This document shows positions 18,276 through 30,100 of a DNA stretch of 33,757 nt, piece after piece (position 1 is the stretch's first letter; each line of letters opens with the position of its first letter). The DNA lies in contig WELA01003449.1 of the NCBI GenBank assembly GCA_009602735.1, forward strand, positions 84,180 to 117,936. Reading direction: 5' to 3'. This stretch comes from Mesotaenium endlicherianum (taxonomy: Eukaryota). A program made the translations under genes and the position numbers. Below the pieces are notes generated by a model. It was not told where the DNA came from. It did not search any database and was given only the letters and a program-made list of their open reading frames with translations.

Positions 18276-21093
18276 GGGGCGCAAGCAAGCATCTGCACAT
18301 ACACACACGTCTCTCCCCACACATGAAATACTTAGAACAACACAATCACAATCGAGGGACGCGTTGCATGCCCAGAAGCAAACAGGCAGACTGTTGCACA
18401 AGGTATGGACACAGTAGGTGGAGAGAGACCTAGGCCCAGAAAGGAGAGACACAGGGAGAGAGGGAGGAAAAGAGGCAAAGAGAGGCAGGGAAAGAGACAG
18501 AGAGGGAGGGAAAGTGAGACAGTGAAGAAAGAGAGGGAGGGAGGGAGGGGGGGGGGGCAGGAGGCACCAACCTGCACCGACAGCACTCGTGCCACTGACG
18601 CCTCCTCCTCTGTCCACTGCATGCCACCTGGCGGTTGCTGACGTGGCTGCCCGCCGACGCCAGCTCGCCAGTCGAGCAGGCCGAGAAGCACCGGCACAAG
18701 GCCAACCCTGCCGCCCGCCAGGATGAAAAGGAGAGAATTTCAAAAAAGTGAGCGCATGCCATCTGTCGTTGCAGTAACCTGCCAGACATACATCGCCAGC
18801 GTTGATAAGTTGAACAGCGAACATAACATGCACAAATAACCAATATAAACAGGGCGAGAGTGAGGGGAAGACGCAGAGGGGTGGGCCGTGAGGGAGGGAG
18901 TAGTGGGGGGGAAGAGGACTCACTGGAGGGCCTGGGCGGCGAGGGCGTCGCGTGCCGAGGGGCGGGCGGCAGCCACGATACGTTGCAGGGTGTCTAGCGC
19001 CAGCACGCCGCCGCCCGCCGCGCTCCACCCAATTGCCCTCACCAGCAGGGCCACCACCTGCCGCCCAACAGGTTGCCGCCCAGCCGCCGGACAGAATGCC
19101 ACCCAGATGCACGCGCACACACACGCACGCATGTCCAGGTGTCAGAAAAGATGGAAGGGAGCAAGCACGACGTGACAGCAATAGCGCTTTATGTTTTCAT
19201 ATATATATATATATGTATGCATCTACAGATATGTATGCATATACAAATGTAATTATATATACACACATACGTATATATTTACATTTTTGGCATGATACTT
19301 CCAAGCTATGCCGCTTGCTGTAAAGGACGGGGTGCGGGACCCTCCCTTGAGCAGTGATACCTGCGAGAATAGCGCTGCACAACGGGACACAGCAGCAGTA
19401 GCAGCAGGCTTTAACCTCTTTCCCGGCCCCTAGGTGTGGCCGATCAGCCTCGCCCCCTTCCCCCTCCCCACCTTCCCGCTTACTCCCCTCCCCCCCCCCC
19501 TGGTGACTTTGTGTTTAAGGCATGAACTGCCTGCAGCGTTTACTTACAAAAGTCGGAGAACCTCCAACACATCGACCAAAGCTAGCCGATCCATGACGGG
19601 GGCTACACACCAAACACTCAGCCGCTTGTATGCATGCAGGTTGCTAGCTCCACCCTTCCTCCTTTCCACACCCCTTCCTCCCCCCCGCTCCCCCCCACCC
19701 CAACGCCCTCCCACGCACCCCCTCTTGCACACATCTGCATCAGCGTGCCCTCCCTCCTCCAGGCCCCCCCCCCACTCAACCCTGTCCCACAGGCCATGCG
19801 TGAATTAAATTCATTATACATGAAATACCCTGACCCCATTTAGACAATATATGCCTGTGCTCCTGAGAGAATAGGGGCTGCAGGGAAGGAGGGATGACCA
19901 CCTGGCGAGACGCGGCGCCGGAGGCAGACGAGGACGAGGAGGGGGGGGGGGCGGTGGTGGAGGCCATGGCGTCGGCGCACGCGCCGGAGGCCGCCAGCTG
20001 GTGCACCACCCTCAGGCAGCTCCCCCTCATCCTCTCCCCCACCCTCACCTCCTCCTCCTCCTCCTCCTCTGCCTCCTCCTCCTCTTTGAGCTGCTGCTGC
20101 TGCTGCTGCTGCTGCTGCGCTCGCACCGTGCCTTCCCCGCCTCTTGCCCCGGACAAGCCGCCAGAGCCAGCGGAGGATGTCAAACGCCCCCCAGCCCCAC
20201 TCCCGCCCCCGGCCCCGCTCCCACTTCCACCCCCACCAGCGGCTCCCACACCTCCGCCCGCCGCGGAAGCAAGGCGGCCCCGTGTGGCCTCCCTGGCCAT
20301 CGCCGCAATCAGCTTGGGGATGTACCCCAGCTGCGCCACGTGGCCGGCCAGCACTGGCTGGACCCTCAGCAGCGCCACCAGCGCCGCCGAGAACAGCAGC
20401 GCCAGCTCAGCGCGGTCTGCTGCCGTGGCCGCCACCTGGCGAGCGGAGTCAGCGGCGGCGGCAGCGCCGGGCCCCCTGGCAGCAGAGTCAGCCGCCGCCG
20501 CCGCCGGCAGCAGCAGCTGCTCCTGCTGCCCGCGCGCACGCGCACTGTCTGGGGCGCGGGCGGCGGCCATGGAGGAGAGGTAGCTGTCGAGGAGGGCCTC
20601 CAGGAAGCGCGTGGGATTCCGCAGCGGGTATTTGGGGTCTTTGAGGAAGCGTCGCACGTACACGCCGCCCGCCTGCGGCTCCTCGCCCTGCCACCCGCCC
20701 GCCCGCCGCCCACCACCCGTCGCCCGCCCACAGCCCCCTGTCAGAAGGCGCATGCAGAAACAAGTACGAGCACAAACACATGCACATACACATGCACGTG
20801 CGCACTTGCACGTCCTTATATAGACACCGGAAACCCGTTCGGTCAGTTTGACAGAGCGTGTTGCAGAGAGGCCAACTTCTCGAGCTGCAGCCTCAAACCA
20901 CGCCCCACTTGTCACTTGCTGGGGCGTTCATCGGTCATTCTGCTCGTCTGCCGGAGTGCCCACTCCGCATTGCACACCATGCCACACACACACACACACA
21001 CGCGCGCGCACGCACGCACGCACACACACACTCACACACACACACACACATGCACACGCGCACACACACACGGACACACACCCACAGCATACA

Positions 21094-21124
<31 letters not shown>

Positions 21125-24100
21125 NNNNNNNNNNNNNNNNNNNNNNNNNNNNNNNNNNNNNNNNNNNNNNNNNNNNNNNNNNNNNNNNNNNNNNNNNNNN
21201 NNNNNNNNNNNNNNNNNNNNNNNNNNNNNNNNNNNNNNNNNNNNNNNNNNNNNNNNNNNNNNNNNNNNNNNNNNNNNCCCCCCGCGCCTTTGGAAAAAGA
21301 GAGACTGACGCATACCTGGCCACGGGGGCTTGTCGATGCGCCGCCACCTGTCAGGGCACCAGCGGCTCCCTCGTCTGGCAGGTCCCAGTTGATAAGGGCG
21401 TGGTCCCCGTGCTGACTGGACAGCTGCTCCAGCATCGAGTGCAGCTGCTGCGACTGCGCAATCGTGGGCGTACGGTGTGGGGCTCAGAAATCAAGACTAG
21501 GGTTTAAGGAGCAGGGTGTCCAGGTCTGACGTCTGCAGGGCGGCACAAATCGCGTCTCTCAGAGGAGTGGCCAGGTGGCAGATGTTAGGCCTGGAAGTTG
21601 TGCAGAATGCAAAGTTTTCAAGCCTGGTGCTGGCCTTCTTAAGAAAGAAAATGTTAGATTTGAGGTTCCATTCTGGACTGAAGCAGCTATCGCGGGGGCA
21701 TGTCCAACGCTGCCAGATTTGCTCGGGGGTTCTCCCCGAGGTTGGAGTGAATCCAAGGACCAGCTGTCAAGGCGTGCCTGGAGCAGGTAGAGCTTGGAGT
21801 TGGGAAGGGTACCAGGTTGGGGGCGTACCAGGAAGGGGCAAAAGTGTAGCGCTGAGACTCGCTCGCGTTTGCATAGGATGAGACAGAGGACATAAATAGG
21901 GGGGGACAAAAGGAGGAATAAGGTATTTTATTACGTCTAGGGTTTGGATTAAGATTAGGTTTGGGTTGGAATCAGGCTACGGCTAGGGTTAAGGGTTCAG
22001 ATTGAGGTCAGGATTAGGGGTAAGGGAAGGATTTGTACAAGAGAGGAAGCCATGGCTGCCGTCCACACGAGCTCGGGGGTCTCCGTCGACTGCCCGAGCG
22101 CTGCCACCACCGACTCCCCGGGGCCGTCGCGGACCAGCGAGACGATGCCATCTGGCAGGAAGCGGGTGAGCGCGATGCCGACACGTGGCCCGTGCATGGG
22201 CTGGGCCATGAGCTTGCCCAGAAGAGACGCGGCCGCCGCCCGGTCCTGCGGGGGCACCGCCTCTGCACCCTCGCCCCACGCGCAAGTACAGCTCGATGAA
22301 GGTTTTGGGTACGAGGTTGGGGTGTGACACCTGAATATGAAACTCTATAACCCCCAATCCCAACTCTAAATTACTCAATGGGGCTCACTCGCGCACAGGC
22401 ACATGCGTGTACACCCACACACACACACACACTTGCAAGCAAGTGTGAGCTGTGGATGGCTCAGGGTGTTTGCGCTCGCGCGCACACGCGCTCACTAGAT
22501 CGTGCGCGCAGCTATGACCGAATGGGACAGTGAGCACGCGTGTGTGCGTGCGTGTGTGTGTGTGCACGTGCTTGTGCCACACAGGACATGCATCTACAAG
22601 ATGACGATGTTGGTAAAAAAGGTGGGTGGATCACAAATTCATTTGCATGCGCACTGACCTCAACCTCCAACCTCAAACCTCAAACACAGCTATTTGTGCA
22701 CCCGTGGGTGCATGTGCGTGCGTGTGCGCTCGTGCGTGCGTGTTGTGTGCGTCACACATGTTCAAAGTTGGAAGCTGCGAGCAATCCATACTGATCCATC
22801 CACATTTAGATGAGGCAGCAGAAGGGGGCACACCATGGAAGGGCAGCAGCAGCTGCAGCAGATACAGGCAGCCGGCGTGCTTAGCTGTCGCCCACGCGGC
22901 CTCTGGGGTGCCCGCCAGCGAGAAGAGTACCCTGAGCACCCCCTGCCTGTCCACCCCGAAAGCGACGTGGGAGATAGACAGACAGATGCGGAGACGACAG
23001 GTGTCAGCGCCACCAGCTTCAGAAACATACATCTCTTATACCAAAAGAACAAGCACGCGCACACACACGCGCAGACACGCATACGCAGGCGCGCACACAT
23101 GTGCACGCGCTCGCAATGCACACCCCCCCCCACCCACCCACCCACACACAGTGGAGCCAGCGAGCTTGACGATGATGCTGCTGGTGCGCTGCAGCCGCTT
23201 TCCAGCACACTTGAGCAGTCTGATTCTGCACACTACTGCAGAGACTGGCAGTCAAGCGGAAGACCGTGCCAAACTCTTAGACGAGATTTCGACGCCAGAA
23301 ACAAGGACAGAAACCATAAACAAGATGCCAGCAATGCAACTCCATAGCGGAAGAGGCATCGGACTTTCAGTGCAGAGCTGATCTCCCTCTCCCTCTGCCG
23401 CTCTTCCTCTTTCTTCTTCCTATCAACAGCCTCGGATGCCCCGCTCTTCTGAGATTCAGAGGGGCCCCTAAGCATACCTCAGATGTGGCGCTGAGCGGAG
23501 GAGCTTGAAGAGAATCATCAGGTTGCCCTTGTCGGCCACCATGGCCGCGACACATGGCGCGTGCGCGGTGAGCCGCGTCAGCACGCCGAGGGCCAGGCTG
23601 GCAATGTCACGAGCAGAGGGGGCCGTGCTGACAAGGCCGCGGAAGAGGGGCGCCAGGTGTCGCTCCAACGCCAGAAGCGACGCCAGCCCAGGATTGGCGG
23701 TCAGAACGCTCTGCCCAGTCAGCCAGGGGGGCCATCAGGCAGGCAGGCAGGCAGGCAGGTGGGCAAGAGGGCAGGTGAGAAAACACAAAGAGGCAAGCCA
23801 GACAGAGGAGACGTGCACAAGTTGCAGGCTGCAGGGAGGGCGCCAGACATCTGGATTGGTCCTGGTTGGCCTCGGAGAAGGGAGCGACGATTCATTCTGC
23901 TTGTTTCGAAGACCCTTTTCAGGTGCGAACACGCAAACATCACACGGGAGCTCCGCTGAGCTCAGCTGTTGCAACGGAGCGCCGCTCATCAGGGAGACTG
24001 AGCCGTGCCCCTTTGGCACAACGCATCTCCCGGTACCAGCAATGGCGCCTGCTGCAGGTGCGGCGGACGCCGACGCAGACGTGCACCGAAAGACGTGCGG

Positions 24101-27100
24101 ACAAACATACATTAAGTTACTAGGGAATGTCACATTTCACATACTATACAAAAGAAACGGAGTTTGAAGAAGGAGCAAGCAGTGTGAGACGCGTGGTGAG
24201 TACCTGCAGGGAGGTGAGGGCCATGGCCAGCCGCGACGCCGTCAGCTCCGCCACCGTCAAATGCTCCCCACCCCTGCCCTTCTTCCCGTCGGGCCCGCTA
24301 TCGTCCAAAAGCATGCCCCCCCCTGCGCCTGGTGCCCCCTTCTCCCAGTCCTCAGGGATTCTGAAACCGCCGGGGTCTGAGAAGGCGGCAGCTGTCCCTG
24401 CTCCTGAGCTCTGCCTGCTGTATGCGGCAGCAGTCCCCACCCCTGCTGCTGCTATACCGCCAGCTGGCCCTGCAGAGTGAGTTCTCCCCGTTGTGTCAAG
24501 TGTCGCGTCCAGGTCGCTGCCAGTTGGCCCCCTCCTGCTCCTGTCTACTGTGGCCGGTTGGGCCCCGCGGCTGCCGCCAGGTGTCAAGAGCTCCCCAGCG
24601 TCTGCGTCCCCATCGGATGCACTTGGAGGGTCCGGGCCGTTCAGAGCGTGCCAGGTGTCAGCCAGAGAGCCGATGTACGCCAGGAGGGCGGAGCAGAAGG
24701 ACTCGGGGTCGCTGATTTCAAAATCCGGCTGCTCGTTGTACACCCGCAGGTACACCTCGCCCACCTGTCGCGTTGCCAGGAGAGCCCACCAGGTGGCACG
24801 TTGTTACTACTGACTGATGCAACTAAACTAGGCGGGCCATCCTGCTGGCTGTGGGCGGATAAAAGTGCTGTCCCCTCCCCCCCCCGCCACCCCCTTCCCT
24901 CCCCTCCNNNNNNNNNNNNNNNNNNNNNNNNNNNNNNNNNNNNNNNNNNNNNNNNNNNNNNNNNNNNNNNNNNNNNNNNNNNNNNACCCCCTTCCCTCCC
25001 CTCCTCCCCCAATGGCTGCCCTATTTGCATACATAAGATACATACTGTAAGGACACGCTTCCCCCGCCTCCCTTCAATCAGGCCCACCTTTTCTTATTCA
25101 CCATCGCAACGTATACATTGCACATCAGAAGGAGAATCATGTGAACGCCTCAAGGCAGGTGAAATCACCGTGCTAACAGCGGAGGCATCGGCCGCCGCAG
25201 CCTCAGAATCCTCTCTCGCCCCGAGGGCCAAAATAAAACCAAAACCCAAACCCTTAAGTAAACCTCAACCCTAAATCCATAAGCCAAACCTTTAAAACTG
25301 GATCGTGCTGTCCCTCTTGTTCACGGCTACATCGGCCCGGGCATGAGCAGCTCAGGCGGCAAAGAGGATTAGGGCGCGCAGATGCCCCTTGTCCTCGCCC
25401 CAGCCTATCTCTCACATGCTCTCAGAGCGGAAGGAAACTCGTAGAGACCCTACGCTCCACGCCCTCTAGAGGAAAAAGCAGCCCATGCAATCAGTCGTAT
25501 GAGGAGAGGTGGCATCTGAGACCGCCGCCCGCCCGCCCGCCCGCCCGCCCGCTGCCCACCAGCTCGCCGCCGACCGACGCCGGTCGGCTCCGCGGCTACC
25601 CAGCGGCCAGCTGGCGTCCTATTGGCTACTAAAATGCCCCTTTCTTTGTTTTTTATTGGGGGTTTCTTGTTTTAACATGCAGGCTGCGCCCAAGGCACCC
25701 AACGAGGCCATCGGACCTAGTTCGGGGCACTCAAGATGCAAGAAGGAGTGGGCTGCGGAGAGTCTCACCTCAGGGTTTGGCAGCAACGCATTCAAGCAGC
25801 AAAAGCCAATGGACCCAGGGTTTTGTGTCTAGGGTTTAGGACCCAGGACCCAGGTCGTCCGTAGCTTTGGTGCAACCGAGGAAACTGCGCGCGCGCGCAC
25901 AGTTCTCGAGACGTTTGTGAAAGGAAGTTGATAAATTCTCACAACGCACGAATCTAAGTCTACATCCGTGAATCTCGCAGCATCGGCTTCAGAGACTCGG
26001 TCCTGGTTTTGAAATTTTAGGGTTTCTTGGGTAGGGTTTCTGAGAGCCGAAGGCCAGAGGGTATGGGGAGGTCTGGGTCAGAGGGGGGGAGTCAACGCAG
26101 GGAGGGGCCAACACCTGGATCTCGTCAGCAAGGGCGGCGTAGGAGAAGCTGGCGATGGCGCTCGCCACGTCGTACGTGCCGTCCACCTGGCGCTGCTCGT
26201 CCCTCTGCTGCGCCAGGTACTTTGCCAGCTCAGAGCGCATGGCCCCATTCCATATCACCTGCGCGTGCGCACTCGCTCGCCCTCACCCTCACCCCCACCC
26301 CAACCCTCACCATCGCACCGTTAGTGTGTTTCCCGTCAGAGCACATACGCACGCCATCTCCCGTGGCTGGGTGTCCGAGTGAAGTCAAAAAGAGACGCCA
26401 AAGCGCTCTAGCCCGAAATTGCAAAACTAAAACCCTACCCAAAAAACCCAAAGCCCTAACCACAAATTTTAAACCCTAACCCTAAACCCTACAGCGTTAC
26501 CTGGGGGGTTTCGAGATTGGACGTCAGAATTTGCAGGAGCTCCCCAGGGGAGGGGTTGCTCAGCATGCCAGCCAGCCTGGGCGTCAGCAGCGCGTGCATG
26601 ACAGCTGTCGCGTCGGGGTTGGCTGGCGTGGCCAGCTCGCCGTCGAGGAAGCCTCCGAGGCGCGCGAGAGCCCTGCCGCCCAAAGAGGAGTGCAAATATT
26701 GACCCCGATTCCAAAAAATATCAAAAGAGCCGACAAGATTGTAGAGGGACGTGAGCACTTTCGTCACCCTCACCCTCACCGTCGCACGTCAATAACACCA
26801 CACATACATAAGCACCTGCACACAGACGTGAAATCAAACACACACACACATAGTAACACGCGACCATGGCATGGCACTGCCACCAGCAGTTGCACCGAAG
26901 AAGCCCTCATAGTAGGGTTCTGTTATAATGTTGGCACAGGGCAGGCCAAAGTGTCTGCTGCATGCTCCTCTGGAACTGGCAGAAAGCCGGGCCTACCAAC
27001 ATCCCACATTCCATCAAGTATGTTGATCAAGCAAAGGAATTAAGAAGGGAAGAAAAAACCCAAAAAAAAAAAACGTCCGCCAAACCCAGAGCCAAACGGT

Positions 27101-30100
27101 GTTCAGAAGACCTGGCTGCAGCAGAGGACCCGATGACTTCAGTATGTCCATTCACGGGCAGCAGAGCTAGGAGCCCAAAGTCCGTCGATGGGAGCACCTG
27201 ACAGCCAGCATGGCATGCACGTTGCGAGCGCTCTGGATGCTGCGCCCCTCGCCTGCGCTCCCTTGCGGGGCGGGGCCCCCCTCGACGGGCGAGTCAGCGT
27301 CCAGCTCATCGGCGCCAGCGGTGCGCTTCTCTTCGGCCGTCGAATCGAAATGCAGCAGCAGCTCTGTCAGGTACCTGCATTCACAAACAAATAATCCGAC
27401 CCCCCCCCCCAAAACAAACACACACCCACCCACACACACACAGAGAGAGACACCCAGAAACACACACCAATGTATGAATCAAAGTCAGATCCTTGCCACA
27501 TATTTCTTGTTTTGTGATATAAGTTTGTTACTGCAGGTGCCTGTGGCGTGGAAGCACTCGCAAGGTAGACAGGCAATATTGGACTCCACACTCAGAACAT
27601 CAGAGGGACACAAGATCGCACGCATAAGCGCACACCACACACACACACATATATGTGGGTACATGTGTATGTGTCTGATGCTCAAGTGCAATAAACAAGG
27701 AATGGGTCACGCGGTGACAGGCCGCATCAGTCCCCTCCCAGAACCAACAATCGTATACCAGCGTCACTGGCAGCGCTGTCCTCCCACTGCCAGCTGACAC
27801 CCCCTGGAGGCTCCAGCCTCGCGTGTTAAAACGTGTTCTCGCGTTGCAGCGACGCAGCCACCCCGTCGCAACGGGCGGGTCAGTCAAACAGTGGCCGTTT
27901 CAAAGGCTCAGTGCGCGGGGCCCGGGGACACGCACATGCATGCGACTGGGTGGTAGGCATCGATAGGGGCGTTTTCGCAGAATCACGAAACACGGTTGCA
28001 TACGGTACACGATGTCCTCTTCACGCACATCTCGTCTCTCAACAAGCACGGGAAGGCGAGCGTGTGTACCGAAGAGCGAGACAAGAAGATGGGAGGGAGT
28101 TTGCCCGTGCAAAATGGTCTTCGATGGGCGCAGGCGTTGAGTGAACGATAGATAGACACAAGCACAGAAAAACGTGTACGTGTGCCGCACACGCGGAAAA
28201 CACACATGCGAGAACATACATCCCACGCTCTGTGCAAACCATATTCACACGTGGACGACCATCCCCGCACTAACTCGCTTGTTCTTCTATGCCACTCCCC
28301 ACATTCAGCTGGGGCCCCCACATCAGACTCACCACAGGGCGCCAGCGCGGATGAGCTGCTCTTGCAGCTCGGGCGACGCTGCCAGGTGACTGATGGTGTG
28401 CAGCGCCGCGCTGACAGCTGGCACTGCCATCTCCAGCTCGGTGCAGTGCACGATGTCCATCGCCAGCCCCGGCAGCAGCTGCAGCCCAAAAGCCCTCCAT
28501 GGGCGTAAGAACCCGGCCTACTCTCACGGCGGACCACGGCGCAGGCTTGAAGGCGGGCAAGGCAGCGGCAGCGTGTGGATAGACCTTGAGGATGCAGCGT
28601 GCTTTTCGAGGGCAGGATCTGAGAGCGGGGTTTGGGGCAAGCTTAGGGATGGGGTAAACAATGTTGGATCAGCAGAAGGCTGAAGCACTGTGTCTGCTAA
28701 AACGGTTGGGCAGGCCTAAGCGTGACAGGTAGGAACGAGGCGGGGGGGTAGAGAGCCCGGNNNNNNNNNNNNNNNNNNNNNNNNNNNNNNNNNNNNNNNN
28801 NNNNNNNNNNNNNNNNNNNNNNNNNNNNNNNNNNNNNNNNNNNNNNNGGGGGGGGAGAGGGGGGAATAGGCAAAAGTTGTCTCTTGCAGATGTCTCCTCT
28901 ATGCAGTAATGAGAAGATAGTGGATGGCAACGACGGCCAACAGTGGAGGACGCCACGAGAGATTCAAAAGCACAAGGGCAGGTTCGATCACCCCCGACCA
29001 CGCGCTGCAAAGTGCCCATCTCTCCAACCAGCCAACGGGACACAAGCAAGCGCCGCGCATGGTGGCATGCCGTGAGAAGAGGAAGTCGTGATTTGCAGCG
29101 GAACCAAGTGCATGTGCGCGGTCTCGTTGTGCACGTGCGTGTGCACGCACGCGCAATTGCGCACGATTTTCACAAGACACACGCGGGTGAGAGCTGAGGC
29201 AAGAGAAGAGCATGGGAGTGTAAGAATGCGCAAGGTCTCATACGAGCTCGCATGTTCGACAGGCGTCTCGTTGAAAGGTTCGCAAAGACCCGTAAAGAAG
29301 AAAGAAGAAAAGGGAACTAAGTTTGAGCAACTTCATTTACTGCGAGAATATAGTACGCCCAGATGTACGCCACGCGCGCACACGTGCTTACACGCACACA
29401 CACGCACCACGCATCGTTGAGCAAGTGGAAGCAATGTGGGCCCGGCCCTGTCTTCAATCTGAGTGCATGTGCGTGGCGCCAGCTCAGCAGACCGGCGCGT
29501 CAGAGGGGGCATTGGCAGCACGCACACACACACCACGCATCGTTGAGCAAGTGGAAGCAATGTGGGCCCGGCCCTGTCTTCAATCTGAGTGCATGCACGT
29601 GGCGCCAGCTCAGCAGACCGGCGCGTCAGAGGAGGCATTGGTAGCGGGTCTCGGCCGCACAGCGCCAGGTCAGCGTACTAGCATGTCGGAGCGGGCGGCG
29701 GTGACGGCACTGAGGCCGGCAAAGGTCTTCATGATGTTAGTCGCGACGACACACGCGGGGTCGGCCGCTGACGTGGCGGGCTGCACGATGTACATGCAGC
29801 GCGTCAGAAGCGCAGCCAATAGGGGGACGCCGCCATCGCGCACCAGCTCCTCCCCGTTCAGCGGCGACGAGACGCACCTGAGGGGGAAACAAAACAAAAT
29901 AAAAAAGAACCGGCAAGGTTTCGGATTCAGCACTCTAGAATTTCAGGTTTTCTAGGTTTGCTTTTTGGGGGGGTTTGGGGAGGGGAGGAAGGAGATGGGG
30001 GCCTCCAGGAAAAAAGTGCTGACTATTTGAGATGCTATTAGGGCACCATAAGTTTGGGGCTTATAGAGTAAGTGTTGGTACCCGTAAGGCTGAAGTCCTC

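Noticed and set aside
19894..21308. Plus-strand ORFs of 229 and 435 aa
   Set aside because: Antisense shadows of a GC-rich GRV2 exon plus microsatellite
29323..29955. 210-aa plus-strand ORF with an internal 42-aa repeat
   Set aside because: Produced by the 126-bp intronic duplication plus the antisense of a GRV2 exon
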